Source: the human T2T-CHM13v2.0 reference genome, Homo sapiens | NCBI RefSeq assembly: GCF_009914755.1 | Contig: NC_060930.1 | DNA: 64,000 nucleotides | Direction: 5' to 3' (one strand) | Shown here: positions 32,212 through 47,760 of the stretch, piece by piece | Layout of the letters: each line of letters begins with the position of its first letter | Numbering within the stretch: the first letter of the stretch is position 1 | Translations under genes and position numbers: made by a program | The notes under the pieces: generated by a model | Told to the model about the DNA's origin: nothing | Databases searched by the model: none | Seen by the model: the letters and a program-made list of their open reading frames with translations, nothing else

Positions 32212-32781
32212 TGGGGGTATGAGAAAAAACTCTTAACAGGTGCTGGCTAAAGGGAAGCCCAGGGTCTCCAAGATCTATATCTCACCAGAGTCCTTCACAG
32301 CAGTGCCAGTCGGAGTTGGCTGTGTTCATGTTCCCCAAGCTATCACTTGCTCGGTCTTTCTGCAGCTCAGAGGGGATGGCTGGACTACCAATCCTAATGG
32401 GTTGGGACCTTTCTGCAAACTCCAGTCTCCCCATCTGCCCTGGTCCTGCCTTGTTAGACAGTTCTCAGTTTGAGTTCAGATAACTTTTAGAGTCCCTGGT
32501 TCCTATTATAATACTTAATATTTTGTCCAATGTCTTTCTTCATCATATATATGCATATATATGTACATATATACCTGAAAATACACACATATATAATGAC
32601 CTCATGCAAGATCATCTGTCTCTCAGAGTACCCATTTCCTATATATGAATAGATGGTGTGTGTGTGTCTATATATATATAAATCAAATGACTGTTTTGTA
32701 TTTATCCCACTCAATCATCCATATTCATAAATAATAATATTTCTCTAGCATTCCAGAATCAAAGTTAAAATATGGCATGAG

Positions 32782-33079
32782 GACCAGGCTCACTGCCTCA
32801 TGCCTGTAATCCCAGCACTTTGGGAGGCCGAGGTGGGCAGATCTCTTGAGCTCAGGAGTTTGAGACCAGCCTGGCAACATGGAGAAACTCCCTTTTTACC
32901 AAAAATAGAAAAAATTAGCCGGGCACGGTGGTACATGCCTATAATCCCAGCTACTCAGGAGACTGAGTAGGAGGATTGCTTGAGCCTGGGAGGCAGAGGT
33001 TGCAATGAACCAAGATCGCACCACTGCACTCCAACCTGGGTGACAGAATGAGACCCTGTCTCAAAAAAAAAAAAAAAGA
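32782..33079 (+). mobile_element. AluJ element
   Basis: J-type gaggattgcttgagcctggg; poly-A. Confidence 0.92.
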
Positions 33080-34284
33080 ATTTGGTCTGAGCCTGGTCAG
33101 CACTGGTCTGATGTACTGAAAACCATCTCCTAAACTTCTCTCTCCAACAACAATTAAGTACCTTATTTACACATCAAACTATAGCAAAAACATCAATGAC
33201 AAGTACAACATCTGACTGTTCCATGAAGATGGTAGGACTGTTCCCAAAGCTTTCTGCTTACAACTTAAGGCCAAACCAAAGAGCCGTGGTTCTCCTGCAC
33301 TAAAATGGTTTCAGCCTATTTCCAGTCATGCTGCTTTACTAACAAACTATAATGAACTACTGTAAAACATGTGTGCTATACTTCACTCAGCAATGCCTTC
33401 ACTATAAGATGTTGAAAATCTGTGTTTCTGGATGCATAAAAATGACAAGCAGAAGGTGTTATTTTCTATTCTAAGGGTCCAGAACAAAAGAATGTGCTTT
33501 CATTGTGACTAAGGAAGTATTCTGCACAGACCAATATAATCTTCTACTCACAATGTTTCCAGTTCCTTTGGGTACCTGGTGTCATTTTAGCTCTGAGTTA
33601 TGTATTAAGGTCACCTGCTTTAAAAAAAATAAAGACAACACATGGAACTCAGTAGAGAAAGTGAAGTTTCTTGCTGCATCTCCTTCGAGCCATCTTCCCT
33701 GCTTGTCTGTAGGGATTCCACTGTGCTATCTCACCTACCTACCTACTCCTCTCATTGCCATCGATGCTGTGATACCGGCAAACTTCTTTATGGCTAGGCC
33801 TTGCTGTCAGTGAGTTTCCTTAATGATGAAGGTCTCTGCTACCTGAGCAGAAAAGCTCAAGCTCAGCTTGGTCCATGACATTCATATGTGGAGTGTCATG
33901 AGTTTACTTTTAAAGAACTGCAAGAAATATGAATAAACACATTTTTTTGAAGCCTATGTTCAATTACAGCACTTCAAAGATGCTGTAGGAAAAGCTGAAG
34001 TATAACACAGCATGCAAAGATGCATTGATTTCTTTCTCCAAATCACATGTAACATATGTAAGTCTATACATATATGCATACATATATATGTACACCAAAG
34101 TTTAAGAAATAGATGGTTGTTGACCAATTGTATGTTTTTAAAGAGTTTTCTAACAATTATATTAGATATTTTATAACTTTTAAAAATTTACTTCGAAAAG
34201 ATTCTCATAAATCTCCCAGAGAAGGCTTAGAAGGCTGGCTTCAAACTCCAGTTGCCTGAACTAGGTACAGAGAAGGCTGAGATG

Positions 34285-34385
34285 ACAGCAGTTTCTAGCC
34301 CTGGCTGCACATCACAGTCACCTGGGGAGCTTTCAAAACTATTAAACAGCAAAATATCTGACACACAGTAGCTAATCAATACACG
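34285..34385. mobile_element. MER5-type fragment
   Basis: cagtttctagccctggctgcacatcacagtcacctggggagcttt. Confidence 0.6.
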
Positions 34386-35189
34386 GAAATTTCTCTGTTT
34401 TCCCTTCCACCCTATATCCAATCCCATATTTCCCAAAATGCCTACAGAGCATACTCTGCCATCTCACTAGCACCTCACTCCGTAGCCTAAAGCTTCCAAC
34501 AAGTATCACCACATGTTCCCGCTTCTTTGCTCAGGCCCAGTGAGTTGCCAGGGGTTTCCGCATCACCTATATTTTATGCCTGTTTCTTCCTCGTGTTCCC
34601 TGTCACCTGGCATAATGGTCTTGAACTGTCTTCCCACTTTAGGCCCACAGTTTCCTCCCTGCAGCCTGGGGGATCTCTCCACAGTGCACGTGTGATCGCA
34701 TCTTTCCCACTGCCACCTCCTCCAAGGCAATCTGCCGGCAGGGATCTCCCTGTCTCTGTACTTCTGTCTCCATGTTCCCCTTTCTGGGACCCTATATTGC
34801 AGGCAAACAGAATCAGACAGAATGTGTGAAATAGATGACTCCCGCAATCTTGTCCTGTCCCTATTTCTACATCAGCTTCCTGTAGATGTTTCCTCTTTCC
34901 CATCTCCTGTTCTCTCCACCAGCAGTGTCCATCTCCATGTCAACTGTTCCCTTCCCAAGGCCCTTGTCACTTACGTGTATGTGGGATGCTTTAATATTTA
35001 TAGGAAGACTTGTGTTGGTGAAAACACAAGTCATCAGGTTCATTGTGGGATTTATTCAAGGGCTTGCCTTCTCTCTTAAGTCTACATTTGTGGATTCTCT
35101 TCTTAAACTACATTACCCCAAACACCCAGTGGACAGCTACGACATTATTGTTTTGTTTTGATACTGGTATAAATATAGTCATCTTCTCA

Positions 35190-35585
<396 letters not shown>

Positions 35586-37071
35586 AGTATCTAAATACCT
35601 AAAGGCAACACAACTTAAAAAACCATCATTATTCATCATACTAAAATTACATGTCTTCATGAAAAACAAGTGGCAGAAAGTTTGGTGTGCTATGTGGTGC
35701 AGAAATTCATCCAGTAGTCAGTCCTGCCCAGACTGATTCCATGTTTTTGTATTTTCTCATAGCTGAAAATATTAAATCCAGACAGAATCTCTGAGGCAAC
35801 GACCGCGTGTGGGAAGCCAGCCTATTTAACTTGAGATCAACCGATCTACAGAGTATGCACATGGCTCTCTTGTAAAGAGGTGAGAAAAGATTTCAAAAAG
35901 CACTGTCGTCAGCAGAAAGGACCTTTACAGCCAGATGAAGCTCTGGTTGTTTTCAGCCACTTTCCTCTGCTGGGGAAAAGGCACATTAAAAAGACACAGC
36001 TGTCTATTTCAGTGTACACATGCTTGGTAGCATGGGTGTTATTTACTGATAAAAAGCACATGACAGCAATTTTAAAACAGGGCTTGTCCTGTCAGTCAAA
36101 TTAGAGAGGCAGGATGTCCTCTCCAAGTGATTACCGTGGGGGCCCACAATGTGGCGGCCTGCCAGGTCAATTACAGCAGGGCTGTGAGGACACATGAAGA
36201 AGGATCGCCTTAATTCTAAACAGGAGCATCAGTAAAATAGAAACCAGGGGACATATTAACACAATGAACAATACCTTAAGACTGTGGCTTTGGCTAGAGC
36301 TGTAAAATGTATTTATATTGAGTGTTTCTCCATGTAAACATTTTTTTTTTAATTAACGAGAATGAATGTATAGGAATACAATTGCAAAATAACATTTGTA
36401 TATTTCTGGAGAAAAACATTTCTCAAAGGAAAATTGGGATGCTATAATTTTCATCTCATCAAGAAAATTAGACACATGGGTAAATTAGCATTTGGAAACC
36501 TGACCAATGATATTTCATAATTGTTCATGTCCCTGATATGTCAATTTGCCTTCCATTTCTCCTATACTAAGATTAATTTCAGTTTCAAATGTCCTTGTCA
36601 TTTTTTCTCCTCTCTATTGCACCTACAGCTTCTTTGTCTACAGGAAAAAATATTAAGAGATCAGCAGCATCAGTTGGAGGATTTACATCATCGACTATCT
36701 GAATACCAGGGACACATTCCTTTGTTTTACACTCATATTCCAGGAGTCTCATGGAAATGCATTAAACATCAGACAAAAAAATGTAGGCTGCTTGAATCGC
36801 AGCTTAATTGTTTAGGAACTAGATCCTGATAGTGCCCCAATAACAGAAGAAAATCCCTATTCACATCTACGTAGAGAAAATACTGGGCTGCTGACACTGA
36901 ATTTTGCAGCTATGCGAAATTTAATGCTGATTAGTAAACTCTCAAATTAAACAGTGAAAGATTATAAAGACACATGCAAAAGATGTAAATTAAACCCAAA
37001 ATATCAGAAATACCACAGTCATAATTTCCCACCTACCTAAAGAGTTATTTCTCAAAAAAAAATTGTTGCGA

Positions 37072-37528
37072 ATTTATTTTATTTTGTTTTGTTTTGAGAT
37101 GGAGTCTCCCTCTGTCGCCCAGGCTAGAGTGCAATGGCCTGATCTCAGCTCACTGCAACCTCCAGGTTCAAGTGGTTCTCCTACCTCAACCTCCCGAGTA
37201 GCTGGGATTATAGGCGCCCACCACCATGCCCAGCTAATTTTTGTATTTTTAGTACAGACGGGGTTTCACCAGGTTGGCCAAGCTGCTCTCGAACTCCTGA
37301 CCTCAGGTGATCCACCCGCCTTGGCCTCCCAAAGTGCTGGGATTACAGGCGTGAGCCACTGCACCCAGCTGAATTTATTTTATTTTTTATTTTTTATTTT
37401 TTGAGATAGAGTCTTGCTCTGTCACCCAGGCTGAAGTGCAATGGTGTGATCTCAGCTCGCTGCAATCTCTGCCTCACGGGTTCAAGCAATTCTCCTGCCT
37501 CAGCCTCCTAAGCCACCATGCCCGGCCA
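37072..37528 (-). mobile_element. Two tandem reverse Alus (full copy 37072-37369; partial 37372-37528)
   Basis: Two T-rich tails, GAATTTATTTTATTT on both sides of the first. Confidence 0.9.
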
Positions 37529-37680
37529 TGAATTTAAATAAATTCAAAGATCCCATTAATGTTTATTACAACCCCAATAATATAGGTAGGCAGAATACAA
37601 TCCTGAAAAAGGTGCCAAAAGTTGAAACAATGTAAGTCAACTCAGTTTCCCCAAGTTAAAATTATAAGAGTATATTAACT

Positions 37681-38034
<354 letters not shown>

Positions 38035-38289
38035 TCACGTGTCATTCTCACTATACAGAAAACAATCTCTAAAGTCATTGATGTCTACATGTCTAAACTT
38101 TTCACCATTTTTGACATCTTAATACTTTTAAATTACAATCCAAGTTAAAAGGGCAATGTAGGATTAGAATAGAAAGAGGTGAGGATTCAGAAATCCTCAC
38201 ATCAATTTCACAACTCCCTGTACGATGGAGGCCTCTCTTCCCTGATTCTTCCTTAGGGTTTTCAAACACGGAGTCCCTCCTAGGTGCCA

Positions 38290-38560
38290 GAGGTTGTTCT
38301 GGGCTCAGGCAGTACAATGGTGTATAAAGCTGCCAAAACCCTTGCCCTCATGTGGGGAGACAGACACGAGGCTGAGTAAGCCACACAATCTGTTAGGATG
38401 GTGATGAGTGCGTGGTGCATCATTTCATATAGGGTGATCAGGAAGGCCTCAAGATAAGGTGACATTTCAGGAAGGCCTAAAAGTTGAGGCATGCATCATG
38501 CAGATAACTGGGGAGAGCCATCCAGACAGGGAGGGCAAAGGCAGGGGCACAGGGCCAGGG
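38290..38560 (-). mobile_element. L2 fragment
   Basis: cttgccctcatg...gatcaggaaggcctc...aggtgacattt. Confidence 0.65.
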
Positions 38561-38624
38561 GCCAGCAAAGAGGCCAGTGAGAAAAGGGCCATCCTAGGCT
38601 CTGGACTCTACTGCTGCTGGGATG

Positions 38625-38815
38625 GATGGCCCTGGGGAGTTCTTGCAGAAGAAACATAAGCCAATCACCCAAGGTGACTGTTAAAATGAAAATCCCCAGG
38701 CCTCTCAATCTGGACTTCTGATTCAGTAGGTTTGAGGCCCAGGGATTAAGATTTCTTAGTTTGCAGGTAGTTCAGCTGAGAGTGGCCCAAAGAGCATTCT
38801 CAGAAACACATTTCT
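38625..38815. mobile_element. MER5-type element
   Basis: tgttaaaatgaaatccccaggcc...ttctgattcagtaggtttgagg. Confidence 0.65.
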
Positions 38816-39399
38816 GAATCCCTGATAGTTTGGCATCCCTCCTCTATTTCCTTATTTTTGGTCAGCTGCCCTCTACAACAAGCAGCCATCATTTTGCAGC
38901 CGTTTAGCGTTAAACAACTAGGAGAGAGATGATAAGAAGGAATACCCTAAGTATAAGAGTTAAAAACGAAGCCACTTAGTTTTTGTCTAGCAAGAGAGTC
39001 TGGCCCCAATATCTTCTGAGCTTTGCTGACATTCAGTGATTGGCTTGTAACTGACAAATGGTTGAATTCTATGAGTATGGGCGTCCTATGACTATCCTGG
39101 TCATTGATTTGACTAATGATTCCTGTGCCCTTGGGTTGACTAAAACGCAAGGCTGTTGTGTTTGGTGAGTTTGTTAAGGTGAAGGTCAAGTCAAATATTG
39201 ACTGCAGAAGTGATATTACAGATACCCAAGTTCCCAGGTTGCGGAAGGTAAGAGAATTCAGATGACAGGGATTACAGGTGCAAAGAAGTAGTCCAATGAT
39301 CCTAAATATTTTCAGTTCAAGTGCTTCTTTTAGGGATATTACTTAGTATTTCATCTCTTTTCCTTTGATGTCTAGATAGGTATTAAATATTGCAGCAAT

Positions 39400-39880
39400 G
39401 AAAACAACTGACATCAGGTGCATTCTCTCTACATTATTTTATTTAATCCTAAAATAGCCCTGTGAGGTAACTACTGTATGGGTTAACCAAAGCCCAGAGA
39501 TGTTACTTGCCCAAGAGTCACAGGGCTATTAACAGGCAGAATTGAGACTCTAACCTATGTCTGATTAATCCAACACCCATGTCTTAACCACTAAAATATA
39601 CTGCTCCTTAAATCTATAAGAAACATACTTGCCATAAATGTTTTACATACGGCATTTCCACAAGAGAGCTTAATATTGAGATGCTGGTTAATTATCAGAG
39701 ACAGCGTGATGCATGAGGAACACTAGTTTTGGAGCAAAACAGATCTGAGGCTCAAATCATTTGACCACTGAATAGCAAATGACTTAATAGGCCTGAGCCC
39801 CCAAACCTTCATTCATAGAGAACATTATGTCTCTCAGAAATTTAAGTGAGAAAATAAGTGCAATGCATGGGGCATATAGC
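39400..39880. mobile_element. Two MIR fragments (~39400-39610 minus, ~39700-39880 plus)
   Basis: atttaatcct...ccctgtgaggta...acttgcccaagagtcaca; cagcgtgatgcatgaggaacact. Confidence 0.65.
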
Positions 39881-40199
39881 ACATAGCATAGATACTAATT
39901 CCTTCCCTACTGACTTGGAAGCAAACACTGACCATCACCTCCACCTCCACCTCCACCCGGGGCACAGAGCACAGCACTCGCGCAAACCCCCAACAGAGGG
40001 TAGAGGGTCATCTCGGTTGGGCTTGGGCTTCTGTAGCGGGGGGCTCACTGCTCCGCCGAGTGCCCTAACCACTGATGGACACCTCCAGCCCCTCTGAGGG
40101 TTCTTCCTCCTACTGACCCAATGGTCGACTCCCCCCAGGACTGCTTCTCTGAGGCAACACTGAGCAAACTGACTGCTCTTTCCTAGTGACAGTGCCACT

Positions 40200-41180
40200 A
40201 ATAACTGAAGACAGTCAGTTGGTGTCCCCTGGTCTTTCTTTCTCTAAATTAAACATGTCCACTTCAGTCAGAAGTCCCTCTGATCACAATTTCCGAACAA
40301 CACAGTATCCTAATTTTCCTCTGCTGGGAAAACTCTAGTTTTTCTGTGTCCTTTAATGCCAGGACCAGGGACAAAAATTGAGATTGACATATTAAGCCAA
40401 GAATATGATTGGACTATTACATAGGCTAATCTAGAAAACTCACCTTGATAATCCCAGGCTTCTTGGCTAATCTTAGCGCCTTGGCCCAGAGCAGTCACAT
40501 CGGCAAAAAATTCCCGCCCACTTCTCCTCCCAGTTCCACCCCTCACAGCAGCTGCTCACATCTTTCCTCCTCCCTTTTTTCCCTCCGAGGCCCTCCCTCA
40601 GCCTCTGTTTCATCTCTTCAGGAATCTCCTCTTCCCAGCCCAATCCTAAACCCAGGTAGCCTTTGTTCTAAATTTGTATAAGTGTGTTCTAAGTTCCTCG
40701 CCTCCCCAGTCAGCCAGTCAGCTCGGCAAAACAAAAGGACCTTCCCCCAAACCAGCTCTCCTTATTAAGTAGAGGAGGAGAGAGTTCTGTAATACTTGTA
40801 ATTACTCAGACCCTGTCACACTTTAAGTAACTCAGCCTAAGACCATTATTATACCTGTACTTCATACCGCTGGCTGACCCTGAGCTTGTGGTCAACCCTG
40901 AGTCCTAGAGCTTTCATCATCTTAACTCCTGCCCAGGCCAATAGATAGCCTCAATCCTGTTATTGCATACAGTCATGTTTTGGAAAGCTAAACAAACAAA
41001 AAAACATGGCAAGGTGCAGGCCCAGCAAAGGGGCCAATGAGAAGAGAGCCGTCCTAGGCCCTGGACCCTCTGAAAGGTTTCTGACTATGAAACCTTTACT
41101 TTCATCCCAGGTAAGTCCAATTTTGGTTTAGCAAAATCAAAATTCTTCTTGCAGCTTATTGCAATCATTTCATTTTTGCT
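40200..41180. mobile_element. Probable CR1/L3 remnant
   Basis: Weak resemblance (ccccctggtctt.., accttt actttcatcc...aattttggttt); highly degenerate. Confidence 0.35.
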
Positions 41181-41827
41181 TCTGTTATCTCTTGTACTCT
41201 ACTAGCTCTCCTTTTCGGATTTGTACCTTCTGTGAATGTGGTATGACTTTATGAGGATCATGGACAAAAATGTTGAGAAGAAACTAACCAAGGAAAACTT
41301 TTGTTGCATGGATAAATACATAGATGCATATAAAACAGGCAGTACATAATGGATACATAAGCATATAAGATGCTCATAAAATAACACAACCCTGAGGACA
41401 CACAGAGATGCCAGGTAACATCACTGCACTGAGTCTAATAGTCTTTAGCACTCCCACACGACCAAACCTGGCTGCAAAATCATGTTACACAGCAACAGAG
41501 GAATGCTCATAGCACAGAATTAAATAGAGATTCTAAGTCATGTGAGGGGGCAGCCAGGAAAAAGGGATGTTTATGTTATTTAAGTGACAATGAAAGTTAA
41601 TTATACAGCACAGGAGACTAGAAAAGCTTTATTTGACGTTGCAGACTTTTAGTGACCACAGAAGCAGTTGTAGGTATTAAAATTTCATCCATCTCAGTGT
41701 CATTTATTTACTTTGCCAGATAATCAGTGATCTTGCATTTTTATCTTCTCACTTTAAATGTATGCACAGAATGTTCTCTCCTATGCGATCTCACATTTAT
41801 TTTATTTTTTATTTACTTTATTGTTGA

Positions 41828-42514
<687 letters not shown>

Positions 42515-43206
42515 TCAAGAAGAGATACCAGTCTTGATTTCTGTGAACTGCTAGAATTACACAGAAATTTGCTCCACTTCCCGGAAAAGGCAAATAAAAC
42601 ATACCAGGATTTTAGGTGGTGCAAGTAAGTTGCTTGCCAGAGCAGCCATGGCTACATATAATTTGCCCAATTCCCATCAGGCATTTGGTTATTTAAATTT
42701 TAAGCATGCTTGATACAGCGGTCATATTAACCTTCCTTATATATGAGGAAAACATTTCAAGTTATAATTATGTTAATGGTATTCTAATAGTATTTTTAAA
42801 AAATTATATAACATTTATTACTCCGAGGAAATTAATGTCAGATGACACTAAAATAATTAAGTTTGAATTAATCACAGATTATATCACTTTGTTCTCTTCA
42901 ACTTTTAAACATGTTTGATAATTATAATCTAACAAAGGAAAAATTAATAGAGAAAATAAGTCTAAAAATTTTCTCCTCCGAATTGGTAATTGGGGGAACA
43001 AAAGATGTGGGCAATTAGCAAATGAATATGGTGCTTCAAGACTGAAGAATTTAGGATATGTAACAGGTGACTTAGTTCAGGGTTGTTCCTAGAGGTAAGA
43101 AGTATCAATAGAATTTAAGAGTCTACACTGTTCATTCTATCAGTATATCTTCTATGGCACACAAGAAGCAATGGTTATTCAGTTATCTTAATTTCTTAAG
43201 TTATAA

Positions 43207-43580
<374 letters not shown>

Positions 43581-43615
43581 TGACCAAGGAAAATTTAGCC
43601 ATTTGAAACAAACTC

Positions 43616-43896
<281 letters not shown>

Positions 43897-44702
43897 CAAC
43901 ACACACTATTTCTTACATTAACTTGATGTCTCCTTTCACCTAACAGAAGCAAAATACACGCCTAATTGAAAGACAGTCAGTGTGTCAGACTGAAACAACC
44001 ACCACCAAACAACCAAGGCACTGATCAGGAAAACAGCACTTTTCCCTTGATTCTGACTTTTTTTCTCACATACCTTTATTTGCATTATTCATAGGTTTTA
44101 TCAGAGGTTTATTTCCTTGGGTTAATAATGAAACATTTTTCATTTGTTTCCACCAAGGGGCTTGCTATTCTACTATTGCTTAGAGCTTCGGGTGTCTCCA
44201 TATGACAAATGCCAAACATATGCCAATCACAACATTCAACTGGTAGCATATGCTGAATTTCCCAGACGCCAGATCCAGTCAGGAACTTTCTGGTTTAATG
44301 AGTCTTGCCTATTATGTTTCTGGTACACATCATTACAGAATTTTTCCCCATCTACTTCCAAGAACTAGAATAAACCAGAAGAACAAAACAAACTACAACA
44401 AAACCATAATAAATCCTCTCTTCGTTTATCATCTATATGTCACATACGAAATTAGTTACACTAGCAGCATTTACTGAGGGCATGGCAAGATTTACTAAGT
44501 CTTGTTTCTCATGTTACAGCCAAATTTTATCAAAGTTGAAAATAACAATATTTTACATCCATATAGTTCTTTGTATTATTTATTTCAAAGGACTTTCAGA
44601 ACTTTTACCTAATTGGATATTTACAAAAACCCGTCGATTGAAGTAGGCAGCAATTCTTTCTCCCACTTAATAGAGGAGATAAATGAAGCCCAGATAAATT
44701 AA

Positions 44703-45034
<332 letters not shown>

Positions 45035-45078
45035 AACAGTTATTAACAGGGCCAAGATCCGATAAGAAGTTGCCTTGA

Positions 45079-45509
<431 letters not shown>

Positions 45510-46151
45510 CTCTCTCTGATAGTTTTTTAAACATTCAGAAAAATGTGAATGCATACTTAGGTTTCTGCCTATATTTCCTGAGAGAAAATCATGCCTCAAC
45601 ATCAAACGCAAAGATCAGTCTTAAATCTGGACCCAGGAACAGGAATTCTCCTAATTAAGCACATAATCCCATTTATCTCTCTAGAAACAACTGACATTCA
45701 AATAATGCTTCATTTCGTTTGTAAATACTAGTTAGATGGATTGTAATACAAACCAAAGAGACATTAATACAATTGTCCATTTCCTTTGGAAGGATGGCTA
45801 TCCTTCCTATTTAAGCTAAAAGACATTTTCATTTGAAAGCCATTTGAGCTTGAGCTGCAATGAGCTCAGGTGCAAATTTCTTGATGAACGAGTCTAATAA
45901 TGACACAAAATTTCAAAAAGACCAAGAGCTATTTCATGGATTATTTCCTGTGGCAATCATCTCAAGTTAAATAACGTGACATTTTAGAAATGGCATTGGG
46001 TAAATAACTCTCGGGTGCTTTTTTCACTGGTCCGCTCACTCCCCGTATCTTCCTGCTGACTAAGGAAGGTAAAGGGTATCCTCCACAGGAGGTGGGAATT
46101 CTTGGTCCTTTGAGGTAAAGGGATTTCCCATCATATCGTTCCATCTGAGGC

Positions 46152-46498
46152 TGTTATGGACTCAATCTTCCCCTCACATTTATATGTTGAAATCCTGCCC
46201 CCCCAAGATGATGGTATTAGGAGGTAAGGCATTCGGAGGGTTATTAGGGCACAAGGGTAGAACCCTCATGAGTGGGATTAGAGATCCCAGAAGCTAGCTC
46301 TGCCTCCTTCCTCAGTGTGAGGACACCCCCAGAAGACGGCCATCTTCAACCCAGAAGACGGCCCTCCTTCAAACCCAGAACTTGCGGACACCTGACTTCC
46401 AGCCTGACTTCCAGCCTCCAGCAGTGTGAGAAATACAGTTCTGCTGTTTATAAGCCGTCTATGGTAATTTGTTACAGAAGCCCAAACTGACCAAAACA
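46152..46498 (+). mobile_element. MLT1A-type solo LTR (ERVL-MaLR)
   Basis: TGTTATGGAC...tatatgttgaaatcct...gacttccagcctccag...tatggtaatttgttacag...aaaaCA. Confidence 0.85.
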
Positions 46499-46792
46499 CA
46501 GGTTTCTATGAAGTTTGTTTTGAGAAACAGAAAAATGCTTGGTAGTTCTGCTATTGGTTATCATTTCTCAGACATTATAAAAATTATGTCAACAGCACCC
46601 TCGACATGTTATCTCTGGACAAACTGATGTGCTTCTAGAATTTTGAATTTATTTACTTAACTTTTATTATTAGCGATTAGTTTCTACACACGTTTGCAAA
46701 GACGGATAAAATCAGAGCCCTACCATTGAGTAGATAACAGCCTAGCAGGGGAGGTAGAAAGACAAAACTAATAGTAATAGAATGCGATAATC

Positions 46793-47088
<296 letters not shown>

Positions 47089-47394
47089 AATAATCTCTTT
47101 AATAGGGATTAATGTAAAACAAAAAGAAAAAGCCACACAGTGGATGATGAAGCTAAATATGTCTCACCGTTTGTCTGGTGTTTTATAGAGGTGGTAAAAT
47201 TTCAGTTGGTGGTTCCTAATAATATCACCTTCACAATAGAAAATAAAGATCTATGTGCAGATAGGTTAAGGTTACTCCAGTGATCAAGGTAGTGTAAAGG
47301 ATAAAGTAAGAATGATAATAATAATGAGTATGTAGCTAAAAGTCAAGGATTGTAAAATATCACAGTAGCTTCGGCCTTTAGGTGGAACGAAGCC

Positions 47395-47760
47395 TGTCTT
47401 AGGTAGGATTTCCTAGAAGCAGACACTAAGTGGAAGTGAATTATTAGGAAGGGCTGTCCCAAGGGAGAAAGAAATAGAGCGTCTGGGGGCTAGACAGGGA
47501 AAGGAAGGAAGCCCAACAAGGGTGTGTCATTAGGTAAATTCTTATGAAGGGTTATTTTGGCTCATTGCTACAAGAGAACTCTAGAGACACTTCTCAGAGT
47601 TGTCCCGTTTGGGGGATGGGCAGATGATGAGGGTTGGGAGAAGGAGGAGCTGAAGTAAACACCCCCAACCTTGTCAGTCTTTGGTTAAAGACTCTCCTAG
47701 GGGTATGTAAGTCACCAGGCGAGGCTGGGCTCTACAGCTACTTGGTAAAGTTTCTGAGCA
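47395..47760. mobile_element. ERVL-type LTR fragment (LTR33/LTR16-like)
   Basis: tgtcttaggtaggatttcctagaagcagacact start. Confidence 0.5.
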
